DNA of 64,000 nucleotides from Candidatus Komeilibacteria bacterium (GCA_043801745.1 JAZDLR010000001.1:24374-88373), one strand, 5' to 3'; positions 21,397 through 29,783 are shown, counted from the first letter of the stretch. The notes: generated by a model from the letters alone, not told the origin. Numbers and translations: made by a program.

Positions 21397-21816
21397 TTAC
21401 CTAATCGCCCTCTCCTTCTCGCCCCTCTGCTCCACCCGCACCCTAATCGCGCCTTTGGGCAAAATCTCTTTTACCTTATCTCCCCACTCGATCAAAACAA
21501 CAGAATCCGGCTGACCCAGATAATCTCCCAGACCAATATTTAATAATTCCTCATGACCAGTCAGACGGTAAGCATCCACGTGCACCAAATTAGTAATTTT
21601 GCCGTGATGGACAGAGTATACTTTCATTAATACAAAAGTCGGACTATTTACCACCTCGGTAATACCTAAGCCCTTGGCTATGCCTTTAGCAATCACGGTT
21701 TTGCCGGCTCCCAAATTTCCTTCCAAAGAAATAACTTCCCCGCCTTTTAAACTGGCGGCGAATTTCTTGGCCCAGGATAGGGTTTGTGTTTCTGATTTAG
21801 AAATGAATTTTTTCAT
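21397..21816 (-). CDS. tsaE: tRNA threonylcarbamoyladenosine biosynthesis ATPase TsaE
   Basis: LEGNLGAGKTVIAKGIAKGLGI...SPTFVLMKVY is the YjeE/TsaE Walker-type motif. Length 139 aa. Confidence 0.8.
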   Translation of the reverse strand: MKKFISKSETQTLSWAKKFAASLKGGEVISLEGNLGAGKTVIAKGIAKGLGITEVVNSPTFVLMKVYSVHHGKITNLVHVDAYRLTGHEELLNIGLGDYLGQPDSVVLIEWGDKVKEILPKGAIRVRVEQRGEKERAIR

Positions 21817-21895
21817 GTGTTGTTGTCACACTGAGCTTGTCGAAGTGCGACAACCATTGCCTCCTTCGACAGGCTCAGGATGACAATGGTTGTCC

Positions 21896-22936
21896 CTACG
21901 TTAAACGCAATTGCGGATCAAATCTCAACTTCTTCCAATTCTCCTTCAACCCTTTATCCTTCCGATGATAATAGGCCGCGGCGGCAATCATGGCGGCGTT
22001 ATCACCGGTAAATTCCACTGCCGGAATTAGTACGGACAACCCTAGGGTTGTCCCTACAGCCCGACATCTGATGCCTAATTCCTTATTCGCACTAACGCCG
22101 CCCACAACCATTAAGGATTTAACTTTATATTGTTTGGCTGCGCGCTCCATTTTTTTAATTAATACATCACACGCAGCTAACTGAAATGACGCGCAAATAT
22201 CATTAACTGTGTTCTTCCCTAACTTCTTTCTACTTGCTTCTTGCTTCTGAACATAATAAAGCACCGCAGTTTTCAAACCAGCAAAACTAAAATTAAAATT
22301 ATCCTTGTCAATCATCGGCCGTGGGAAATCAATGGCCGCCGGGTTTCCTTCGCTGGCTAATTTAGCCACAATCGGACCGCCCGGATAACCAAGATCCAAA
22401 ATTTTGGCTACTTTATCAAAAGCTTCGCCCGCCGCGTCATCCAGTGTCTGACCAATTAATTGATATTTACCGTGCCCCTTCATTAAAACTAATTCCGTAT
22501 GCCCCCCGGAAACGATCAAAACCAGTGCCGGGAAAATCTTTTTGTCGTTCTTAAATAATTCCGGATAGGTTAGCCAGTTGGCGTAAATATGCGCTTCCAA
22601 ATGATTAATCCCAACTAAAGGTTTATTTAATGAATAAGCCAGTGACTTAGCTGTTTCCGTGCCAACCATAAGCGAAGTAATTAATCCCGGACCCCTAGTC
22701 ACGGTCAATAAGTCAGCTTCTCTGACCGCTTTTAATCCAATACTTTTATCTAATAGGGGTAGTAATACTTCCAAGTGTTTACGGGCCGCCACTTCCGGCA
22801 CCACACCACCGTATTTTTTATGAATATTGATCTGCGACGCTACAAGATGTTGCTGTAAATCAAAACCGCTCTTAGTTACTTGCAATAAGGCAAAAGAGGT
22901 CTCGTCGCAGGATGTTTCAATGGCAAAAATTCGCAT
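21896..22936 (-). CDS. tsaD: tRNA N6-adenosine threonylcarbamoyltransferase TsaD (Kae1/YgjD family)
   Basis: MRIFAIETSCDETS..., GINHLEAHIY, VSGGHTELV and GDNAAMIA are diagnostic of TsaD. Confidence 0.9.
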   Translation of the reverse strand: MRIFAIETSCDETSFALLQVTKSGFDLQQHLVASQINIHKKYGGVVPEVAARKHLEVLLPLLDKSIGLKAVREADLLTVTRGPGLITSLMVGTETAKSLAYSLNKPLVGINHLEAHIYANWLTYPELFKNDKKIFPALVLIVSGGHTELVLMKGHGKYQLIGQTLDDAAGEAFDKVAKILDLGYPGGPIVAKLASEGNPAAIDFPRPMIDKDNFNFSFAGLKTAVLYYVQKQEASRKKLGKNTVNDICASFQLAACDVLIKKMERAAKQYKVKSLMVVGGVSANKELGIRCRAVGTTLGLSVLIPAVEFTGDNAAMIAAAAYYHRKDKGLKENWKKLRFDPQLRLT

Positions 22937-23002
22937 AAAAATATACTAACATGCTCCTCTATATTTCAAAAGGGGCGAACCATGCTGGTCCGCCCCCTGT
23001 TC

Positions 23003-23365
23003 TTATCCTCCCATTTGCTGACTCTGTACCTTGATGTGTTCCACCAGCCGTCTTAGATCCGATGAAACTGTCAGTCTGGCAGCCAGTTCCATTCCCGCCC
23101 TGGTCACGATCGGCGCTGTAGCTCCTAAATGAAGCAGTCCACGTTGCCGCAAACTGGCGACCTCTATGTCCAGTTGCCTCAGCCGAAGCAGAGGATCAGT
23201 GGCAAACATTGGTCGTTGCCATAAGCCACCAGCCGTAGGATCTTGTCCTAAGAAATCACCAATCAACTGACGGACTAACCTCCACGGCGGCGAGCGTCCT
23301 TCTTGCTGGCTCAAAGCCAACACACAGAGAACCGCCTCGTCAGTTGAAATCTCCATCACCTGCAA
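23003..23365 (-). CDS. hypothetical protein (GC-rich), winged-helix-like; paralogous to the next ORF
   Basis: A 120-aa ORF with a helix-turn-wing pattern LRQRGLLHLGATAPIVTRAGMELAARL, comparable to LEQRSLIIRHRGCLGWELTEQGIELGQQL in the 23379 ORF. Confidence 0.4.
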   Translation of the reverse strand: MQVMEISTDEAVLCVLALSQQEGRSPPWRLVRQLIGDFLGQDPTAGGLWQRPMFATDPLLRLRQLDIEVASLRQRGLLHLGATAPIVTRAGMELAARLTVSSDLRRLVEHIKVQSQQMGG

Positions 23366-23378
23366 CGCATCACCTCCA

Positions 23379-23798
23379 TCAGTGAGACACTACTCCCGGA
23401 AATCCGTGGGCATCGGCTTTCGGAATGGATGAGCACATGATATCCACCAGCTCACTGATTACGCTTTCCAGAGGAAGACAATCAGCCAACTGCTGACCCA
23501 GTTCAATCCCTTGCTCGGTCAGCTCCCAGCCCAGACAGCCCCGATGACGGATGATCAAACTGCGCTGTTCCAAACTGGTCAGATCCCGCCGCAAGCTGGC
23601 AACCAGCTGCCTTTCATCCGAAGGCAAATAACCGTAGATAGCCAACTCCGTGACTTCGCGTTTGCGGGCGTCGGCAATCAGTGCACGTCCCAGTTCACAC
23701 ATAGTGGGATAAGCCGGTCTTTCCGTCCAAGCCGACAGTTGATAGAACAGGCGCAGAAGCTGCAGCTGACAATCTCCAGCCAAATCCTGAAGAGACAC
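23379..23798 (-). CDS. hypothetical protein (GC-rich), winged-helix-like
   Basis: A 139-aa ORF; see the paralogue at 23003..23365. Confidence 0.4.
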   Translation of the reverse strand: MSLQDLAGDCQLQLLRLFYQLSAWTERPAYPTMCELGRALIADARKREVTELAIYGYLPSDERQLVASLRRDLTSLEQRSLIIRHRGCLGWELTEQGIELGQQLADCLPLESVISELVDIMCSSIPKADAHGFPGVVSH

Positions 23799-23903
23799 AG
23801 CAATTCCCTCCGTTTGGTGGTTAGAGAAACGTTATGAAAAGTACGGAACAAAGGTGAATACTATTATTCTCCGGAAAAAAAGTCAATGTGATACAATTGG
23901 TCA

Positions 23904-24452
23904 ATGAGCATAATCATTAAACGCAGCCGCCGCAAAACTCTGCAATTATCCGTTCACCTTGTTAGAAATGGGACTTCTAACGGGGTTAATCCCGCGATCC
24001 AAATAATAGTCCGCGCTCCGCTGACACTGCCGCTGTCACGCATTCAATTATTTGTCCAACAAAAACAAGCCTGGATAAACCGGGCCATTCACAGGCAGAG
24101 CAATCGCCTCCCCTTACCGCATAGCCCGCAGGATTATAAAAAAAACAAATCTCTGGCTAGAAAAATTATCTTGGAACGTCTGAATCAATTAAATGACACC
24201 TATCAGTTACATTGGAAACGGTTGACGATCCGCAACTCCCGCACCCGCTGGGGTAGCTGTTCGCGGCAGGGAAACTTGAATTTCAATTATCGGATTATAT
24301 ATTTGCCACCAGAACTACAGGATTACGTCATTGTGCACGAACTTTGTCATTTGCAGGAGCTAAATCATGGAAAAAAATTCTGGCAGTTGGTGACCAGGGT
24401 CATCCCCAACTTTTCTGTAACACGAAAACAACTTCGACAATACAGTCTATAA
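23904..24452 (+). CDS. DUF45 / COG1451 (YgjP-like) zinc-dependent metallohydrolase carrying an in-frame palindromic-element insertion
   Basis: IIKRSRRKTLQLSV...IIVRAP at the N-terminus, and the zinc site VIVHELCHLQELNHGKKFW (HExxH). Codons for LVRNGTSNGVN are contributed by the palindromic element at 23957-23991. Confidence 0.7.
   Translation: MSIIIKRSRRKTLQLSVHLVRNGTSNGVNPAIQIIVRAPLTLPLSRIQLFVQQKQAWINRAIHRQSNRLPLPHSPQDYKKNKSLARKIILERLNQLNDTYQLHWKRLTIRNSRTRWGSCSRQGNLNFNYRIIYLPPELQDYVIVHELCHLQELNHGKKFWQLVTRVIPNFSVTRKQLRQYSL
23957..23991. repeat. palindromic element, copy 5, inserted in frame within the DUF45 gene
   Basis: ccttgttagaaatgggacttctaacggggttaatc has a degenerate left arm. It lengthens the SV...IIVRAP spacer by about 10-11 codons relative to the family norm. 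Confidence 0.55.
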
Positions 24453-24578
24453 TAATTGTTGTTTGTACCAATCTTGACATATTTATAAAGATATGTTATC
24501 TTTTTTTATTAAAACTTGTTCCAGACAATATCTGGACTTGTCTGGGTTCTTAAAACAGCCACACTCAAGGAGGTTCCA

Positions 24579-24815
24579 ATGACATCGCTTCGCAGTGGCA
24601 TTCCCCGTGGCAAAACCCGGGTCATCGGAGTTGATCTTTTCGAAGGCGGAGACTATCTGGTTGGCGACTACGACAACCCGCAGGATGCCTTTGACGTTGC
24701 TGACGATCACAACAAGAAGCGCACCGGTCCAATGAACGACGTCTACTATGTGTACGACGAAAAGGGTAACTACATTCACGGAAACGAAGATGTAGACCAG
24801 GAGGTCTGCCCGTAA
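24579..24815 (+). CDS. hypothetical small acidic protein (78 aa), upstream partner of the HD hydrolase
   Basis: ATG at 24579 follows the RBS aaggagg; the ORF-track start at 24516 has no RBS. GC about 52-55%. Confidence 0.45.
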   Translation: MTSLRSGIPRGKTRVIGVDLFEGGDYLVGDYDNPQDAFDVADDHNKKRTGPMNDVYYVYDEKGNYIHGNEDVDQEVCP

Positions 24816-24832
24816 CCAGGGAGGGCATAAAC

Positions 24833-25261
24833 ATGGTAACTTTGGAAGACACTATCGTCTTCGCTACGCAACTACACAATGGTCAAAAGGATAAGGCGGG
24901 AGCGCCGTACATCCTCCATGTCCTGCGTGTAATGTTGCAGATGAAAACCGAGCAAGAGCGCATCGTTGCCTTACTGCACGACGTCGCGGAAGACTGCAAC
25001 ATCACCTTAGAGCCGATGATGGGATTCGGCCAAGAGGTGATGGACGCCGTGGACTGTCTTACGAAGCGTCCGCAGGAAGAGCACAACTACGATGCTTTCA
25101 TTCAACGCATTGCCTCGGGTCCGGCACTAGCTCGTCGGGTGAAGATCGCGGATCTGCGGGATAACTCCGACCTCACCCGTTTTGCCCAGCCCACCGAAGC
25201 AGACCGCCGACGTTGTCTGAAATATCATCGAGCGCTCGCTATTCTCACCAGCCTTGAGTAA
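24833..25261 (+). CDS. HD-domain (p)ppGpp hydrolase-like protein (small alarmone hydrolase, RelA/SpoT HD family)
   Basis: GAPYILHVLRV...IVALLHDVAEDCNITLEPMMGFGQEV...LTKR...KIADLRDN matches the SpoT/Mesh1 HD motif series (H..HD..D, KxADRLhN). RBS gggaggg. GC-rich. Confidence 0.7.
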   Translation: MVTLEDTIVFATQLHNGQKDKAGAPYILHVLRVMLQMKTEQERIVALLHDVAEDCNITLEPMMGFGQEVMDAVDCLTKRPQEEHNYDAFIQRIASGPALARRVKIADLRDNSDLTRFAQPTEADRRRCLKYHRALAILTSLE

Positions 25262-25276
25262 CACGCATCTCTAACT

Positions 25277-25312
25277 ACCGAGAGGTCATCACGATCTCTC
25301 GGTTTAATTTTG
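25277..25312 (+). terminator. rho-independent terminator
   Basis: accgagag-gtcatcacgatc-tctcggt followed by ttaattttg. Confidence 0.55.
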
Positions 25313-25378
25313 TCCGACCTTGAAATGTGCTATTTAAAATAACAAAACAAGCTTCTCAGCTTGCTATAAATAATATAC

Positions 25379-25453
25379 TGGTGACCCCAGGGGGAATTGA
25401 ACCCCCATTGCCAGGATGAAAACCTGGTGTCCTAACCATTAGACGATAGGGCC
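25379..25453 (-). tRNA. tRNA-Glu (anticodon UUC)
   Basis: GGCCCTATCGTCTAATGGTTAGGACACCAGGTTTTCATCCTGGCAATGGGGGTTCAATTCCCCCTGGGGTCACCA folds as a cloverleaf with anticodon loop TTTTCAT and an encoded CCA. Confidence 0.85.
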
Positions 25454-25521
25454 GGAAAACGCCGTTTGACAATACCCTATTTTGTTGTTCTTATCAAGGG
25501 GCGAACAAATATCAAATTTTG

Positions 25522-25550
25522 TTGTCCTTACCGTTATTTTCCTCTATAAT
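25522..25550 (+). promoter_or_regulatory. sigma70-like promoter for hsp20
   Basis: TTGTCC at 25522-25527, a 17-nt spacer, and TATAAT at 25545-25550. Confidence 0.45.
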
Positions 25551-25556
25551 ACATTC

Positions 25557-26096
25557 ATGCTGGGCCGAAAAAAAGCTAAAAAAGAAATTAAAATTGATCA
25601 TTCTGAGGAAACTAATGATGAGTCTTTTTTTGCTTTACCCACGGCCCCGGCCAATGATGCTGCCCATAACTGGGCCGATGATGGGCCTGAGACTGCCGAC
25701 ACTGACGAATTTGGGGAGCCGGAAAATATTGCAGACACCGGATTAACCTCCTGGATCAACGAAGAAGATAAACTACCTATCGATGTTTACCAAGACGAAT
25801 CTTTCATTTACCTCAAATCGCCGGTACCGGGAGCCGATGTTAAAGACATTGATATTACTATTGAAAACGATCTCATAACCGTGCGTGTCCACCGCCAGGA
25901 AGAAGAAACTATCAGCCAAGAAGATTATTATTTTCAAGAATGCTTCTGGGGCTCGCTTTCACGTTCTATTATTTTGCCGACGGAAATTGATGCCAACGCT
26001 GTCCGGGCCAGCTTACGCAGCGGCATATTAACAATTACTTTGCCAAAAATTAACCGCTCAACAGGAACCAAAGTTTCTGTTGAAGCAGAAGATTAA
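25557..26096 (+). CDS. Hsp20/alpha-crystallin family small heat-shock protein
   Basis: The alpha-crystallin domain (IDVYQDESFIYLKSPVPGADVKDIDITIENDLITVRV...RSIILPTEIDANAVRASLRSGILTITLPK). Start placed at the ATG at 25557 downstream of the promoter. Confidence 0.75.
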   Translation: MLGRKKAKKEIKIDHSEETNDESFFALPTAPANDAAHNWADDGPETADTDEFGEPENIADTGLTSWINEEDKLPIDVYQDESFIYLKSPVPGADVKDIDITIENDLITVRVHRQEEETISQEDYYFQECFWGSLSRSIILPTEIDANAVRASLRSGILTITLPKINRSTGTKVSVEAED

Positions 26097-26307
26097 TCTT
26101 ATGCTACTACGCAATACCAAATTAACTGTCACCGCTGTGACTGAACAGCAAGTGACACTTCAGAGCGAGCTAAAACAAACTGTCACTATTGCCCGCGATT
26201 TTGTAGAAGCCCTCAAAGTCGGCGACGTAGTTTATCTGTCGATTGACTCGCAGCCCCTGCAAACTCCGGCGGCCAAAGATATTCTCAACGAAATTATCAA
26301 TGGCTAA
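26080..26307 (+). CDS. hypothetical small protein, translationally coupled to the next gene
   Basis: Its stop overlaps the next start in ATGGCTAA. Length 75 aa, or shorter from the ATG at 26101. Confidence 0.35.
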   Translation: MKQKINLMLLRNTKLTVTAVTEQQVTLQSELKQTVTIARDFVEALKVGDVVYLSIDSQPLQTPAAKDILNEIING

Positions 26308-28144
26308 GACTACTTTACTCTCCCATCATCGGATACTCCTCAGACTCCTAATAGCTGCGGCTGTAATTTTTATTGTTGGCTTGCTCATTTATATAGTCAT
26401 TGGCTTAATGCAATTGGGTTACCGCGACCGGCTTTGGCCGCATATCAAAATCGCCTCTATTCCCGTCGGCGGACTTACCTATGATGAGGCTTTGGGTCAG
26501 GTACAGAAACAAGTGGATCAGATGAATAACGCCGGCCTCACTTTTGTCAGCCCAGAAAAAAAGGTTACCATCAGCCCTAACATCGTTTCTACCGGTGATC
26601 CTGATGTAGCCCGTCAATTAGTCATCTGGAATCCCAACATCACTGTGGCGTCCGCTTTTCAATTAGGTAAGAGCTCAAATCCGCTTACCAATATCCGCGC
26701 TTTTGGCCAAATGATTATCGGCGTCAATAAACCGGTGGCCTATACCTGGAACCGTGATGAATTCGCAGTCATGCTCCGCCAAAATTATGCCGGAGTACTG
26801 GGTGCCAAAAAAGATGCTCAGCTTTATTTTGACGGTTCAGAAGCCAAGATTAGTAACGAGGTGACCGGTATTACTTTTAATTTCGACAAGGCCTTAAAAC
26901 AGGCCGAACGGACTCTGGGACAGCTTGATGACCGGCCGATAACATTGGAAAGCCGAGTGGAACAGCCACAACTGACAGTAGCTCTGGCCAGTCCTCTTCT
27001 GGAACGCGTTAATCAGGCTCTCAATTTTGATCATTACGTTGTGAAATATAATAAAACAGAATACGTTATCACCCCCGATTTGTTACAGCGCTGGCTTCAA
27101 TTTAAATTGGTCAATAATACCGCCCAACTTGGCGTTGACCCGCTGGCTTTGGAGTCTTGGCTAAAAAATATCCGCGCCGATGTCGAACAACAACCGCTCA
27201 ATGCTAAATTCCGTCTAGAAAATAACCGCGTAGTAGAATTTCAAGCCAGTCAGGACGGTCAAGTTATAAATACCGCCGAGCTGATTAAACGTTTAGATAA
27301 TAATCTATTAGTTAAACAGGATATTGAACTGCCAGTAGAAATTGATAAACCAGAATACACAGTCGATAAGGTTAACAATATGGGCATCAAAGAGATTCTC
27401 GGTACAGGCACTTCCAATTTTGCCGGCAGTCCGAAAAACCGCCGTCACAATATTGCCGTAGGCGCCGCGGCCTTGAACGGACTTATTGTTAAACCGGGGG
27501 AAGATTTTTCCCTGCTCAAAGCCCTGGGCACAGTTGACGGCAGCACGGGTTATTTGCAGGAATTAGTTATCAAGGGTGATAAAACCATACCCGAATACGG
27601 CGGCGGTCTCTGCCAGATCGGCACCACCACTTTCCGCGCCACACTAGCCTCGGGTCTGCCAGTAGTATTCCGCCGTAATCATTCGTACCGCGTAGTGTAT
27701 TATGAGCCGGCCGGTACTGATGCTACCATTTATGACCCTTGGCCGGATTATAAATTTAAAAACGACACAGCCAATAACCTCTTAATTCAAACCCGGATTG
27801 ACGGCGATAATATCTATTTTGATTTCTGGGGCACTAAGGATGGCCGTAAAGTCGAAGAAACAGAACCGGACATTTATAATATCGTTAAACCTGAACCGGG
27901 CAAAATCGTAGAAACCACCTCTCTGCCGGTGGGTACAAAAAAATGTACTGAATCAGCCCACAACGGCGCGGATGCCAAATTTGATTACACTATTACTTAC
28001 CCCGATGGCCGGGTGTCAGCCACCACTTTCCGCAGTCACTATATTCCCTGGCAGTCAGTTTGTTTAGTCGGTGTGGAACAACTTTCCACTCCCACTTCAA
28101 CTCCCGACACAGCAGGCGAGGTAATTCTTAATTCCTTCAATTAA
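26300..28144 (+). CDS. VanW-like (YoaR-like) cell-wall-associated protein with an N-terminal transmembrane anchor
   Basis: Transmembrane helix LLIAAAVIFIVGLLIYIVIGL and the VanW-domain signature GGGLCQIGTTTFRATLASGLPVVFRRNHSY. Confidence 0.7.
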   Translation: MAKTTLLSHHRILLRLLIAAAVIFIVGLLIYIVIGLMQLGYRDRLWPHIKIASIPVGGLTYDEALGQVQKQVDQMNNAGLTFVSPEKKVTISPNIVSTGDPDVARQLVIWNPNITVASAFQLGKSSNPLTNIRAFGQMIIGVNKPVAYTWNRDEFAVMLRQNYAGVLGAKKDAQLYFDGSEAKISNEVTGITFNFDKALKQAERTLGQLDDRPITLESRVEQPQLTVALASPLLERVNQALNFDHYVVKYNKTEYVITPDLLQRWLQFKLVNNTAQLGVDPLALESWLKNIRADVEQQPLNAKFRLENNRVVEFQASQDGQVINTAELIKRLDNNLLVKQDIELPVEIDKPEYTVDKVNNMGIKEILGTGTSNFAGSPKNRRHNIAVGAAALNGLIVKPGEDFSLLKALGTVDGSTGYLQELVIKGDKTIPEYGGGLCQIGTTTFRATLASGLPVVFRRNHSYRVVYYEPAGTDATIYDPWPDYKFKNDTANNLLIQTRIDGDNIYFDFWGTKDGRKVEETEPDIYNIVKPEPGKIVETTSLPVGTKKCTESAHNGADAKFDYTITYPDGRVSATTFRSHYIPWQSVCLVGVEQLSTPTSTPDTAGEVILNSFN

Positions 28145-28210
28145 TCCTTAACTGACCAGTAAATATTCTGCCCCCCGCTTAATCCCCGGGGGCTATTTTA
28201 TTAAATACAA

Positions 28211-28337
28211 AACACCCCCGTAAATCTGCACCCAAGAAAATTGATCTAAGAAACCTTCTAGCCGAAGCCGGAAAACTCTGGAGATCAATCCCCATGCTTG
28301 TCGTGGATGCAGATTTACGGGGGTGTTGTTTTTTATG
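28211..28337 (+). other. large perfect stem-loop (20-bp stem, about 77-nt structured loop) with a U-tract; possible structured non-coding RNA or rpmF leader element
   Basis: aacacccccgtaaatctgca (28211-28230) pairs with tgcagatttacgggggtgtt (28308-28327) and is followed by gttttttatg. The loop contains a nested ttgatc...gatcaa stem. Confidence 0.4.
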
Positions 28338-28395
28338 TGCTCCCTTTGAGGGATTAATGATGATAGCATAACCCCTGCCGTCTGTCAATAGTGGT

Positions 28396-28434
28396 GTCAA
28401 CCCCATTAGAGATAACTCTTTAATGGGGTCAAGA
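28396..28434. repeat. palindromic element, copy 6
   Basis: gtcaaccccattagag-ataact-ctttaatggggtcaagagcc. Confidence 0.5.
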
Positions 28435-28455
28435 GCCATAAAATCAGCCAAAAAC

Positions 28456-28484
28456 TTGACATAGGCGACATCTTCCAGTATGAT
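28456..28484 (+). promoter_or_regulatory. near-consensus sigma70 promoter for rpmF
   Basis: TTGACA at 28456-28461, a 17-nt spacer, and TATGAT at 28479-28484. Confidence 0.5.
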
Positions 28485-28588
28485 GTCTCAAGATTTACTA
28501 CTGCTTTCAGTAATAATTTAATACATCGGTTTTCCCAATCAACCGATCAATATTTCTTAAAACTTACAACTGTTAACTTTTAACTTCT

Positions 28589-28825
28589 ATGGGTCTACCC
28601 AGCAAGAAACGTTCGAGTTCATCTAAGCGCCGTCGAGCTGCTCATTTTGCTTTATCTAATCCGGCGCGCAGCAAATGCGCCCACTGCGGTCATGACACCA
28701 GGCCACATTTTGCCTGCAAGAACTGCGGTTTTTACCGCGGCCGTGAAATAGTCAATACTCTTAAAAAATCTAAATCTTTAACCCGGTCAGGCAAAGCAGC
28801 TAAAGCTACGACCTCCGAAAAATAG
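28589..28825 (+). CDS. rpmF: 50S ribosomal protein L32 with a C-terminal basic extension
   Basis: MGLPSKKRSSSSKRRRAAHFAL...CAHCGHDTRPHFACKNCGFYRGREIV is the L32 zinc-ribbon signature. Confidence 0.8.
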   Translation: MGLPSKKRSSSSKRRRAAHFALSNPARSKCAHCGHDTRPHFACKNCGFYRGREIVNTLKKSKSLTRSGKAAKATTSEK

Positions 28826-28871
28826 CCCGCTCTTTCGTTCTTTACTTGTTCTTTCACCTGGCCCACCATCT

Positions 28872-29783
28872 ATGGCCAACCGACATCTTGCCCGCACCTT
28901 AACGCTTCAAACTCTTTTTGAATGGGATTTCTACCTGGGTAAATTAGATGTGCCAGCAGCCATGGCTACTATTAAACACGAATTTGCACCTGATTTTGAC
29001 GATCAGGGTTTTAGTTTACGCTTAACTGAAGAAGTTATTGATAATCACTTTATCATTGATAAGCTGATCACTAAATTCGCGCCCGAATGGCCTTTGGATC
29101 AAATTACCTTAGTTGACCGCAACGTTTTGCGTATCGGCATCTATGAACTAAAATTTGATAAAACTATTCCACCCAAAGTCGCTATTAATGAAGCCATTGA
29201 ATTAGCCAAGACCTACGGTGGCACTTCCTCGGGAAAATTCGTCAATGGCGTCCTGGGCAGCATCTATAAAGAAATGATCCAACGCGGCGAGAAACAAACA
29301 TTAGAGAGCCAAGGCATCAAAGAAGAGTCCAGCGGCGGCATTATCTACCGGCAAGAAGACGAATCCTATAAATTCGCTCTCATCCTTGACTCCTATGGCA
29401 AGTGGACTTTCCCTAAGGGTCACGTTGATGGTAAAGAAAAACCCGAAGAGGCAGCCATCAGAGAAATCCAAGAGGAAATTGGCATCCAAAATTTGGTCAA
29501 CAAAGGACACCTGGATGATCTGCAATTAAAAGTTCACAAACCCGAACAGCAGCCTTTCCGTAAATTAGTCCACGTTTATCTTTTCGAAACTACTGATACC
29601 GATCTGAAGCCGCAGATATCCGAAGTCAAAGACGCCCGTTGGTATGATCCTCAAGAAGCCTTGGACATTATCGGCTATGAAGAAACTAAAAATATTTTCT
29701 GCCAAGTACTCGATCAATTAAAAATTCCTTATGAAAGATCTGCAACTGCTGGAAAGCAGCCTGAAGCTGAAATTCAAAAATAA
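28872..29783 (+). CDS. nusB: NusB antitermination factor fused to a C-terminal NUDIX hydrolase domain
   Basis: Residues 1-140 are NusB-like (ARTLTLQTLFEWDF...LVDRNVLRIGIYEL...INEAIELAKTYGG). Residues 160-300 carry a NUDIX box GHVDGKEKPEEAAIREIQEEIGI. Confidence 0.7.
   Translation: MANRHLARTLTLQTLFEWDFYLGKLDVPAAMATIKHEFAPDFDDQGFSLRLTEEVIDNHFIIDKLITKFAPEWPLDQITLVDRNVLRIGIYELKFDKTIPPKVAINEAIELAKTYGGTSSGKFVNGVLGSIYKEMIQRGEKQTLESQGIKEESSGGIIYRQEDESYKFALILDSYGKWTFPKGHVDGKEKPEEAAIREIQEEIGIQNLVNKGHLDDLQLKVHKPEQQPFRKLVHVYLFETTDTDLKPQISEVKDARWYDPQEALDIIGYEETKNIFCQVLDQLKIPYERSATAGKQPEAEIQK

Noticed and set aside
21990-22060. The palindrome ggacaaccctagggttgtcc inside tsaD as an inserted repeat
   Set aside because: The encoded segment (ELGIRCRAVGTTLGLSVLIP) has about the length expected for this part of TsaD, so there is no evidence of an insertion. 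It is mentioned only as related to the intergenic palindromes.
28179-28451. Minus-strand 90-aa ORF upstream of rpmF
   Set aside because: It covers terminator hairpins, the 20-bp stem and palindromic-element copy 6. It has no RBS or motif and is judged spurious.
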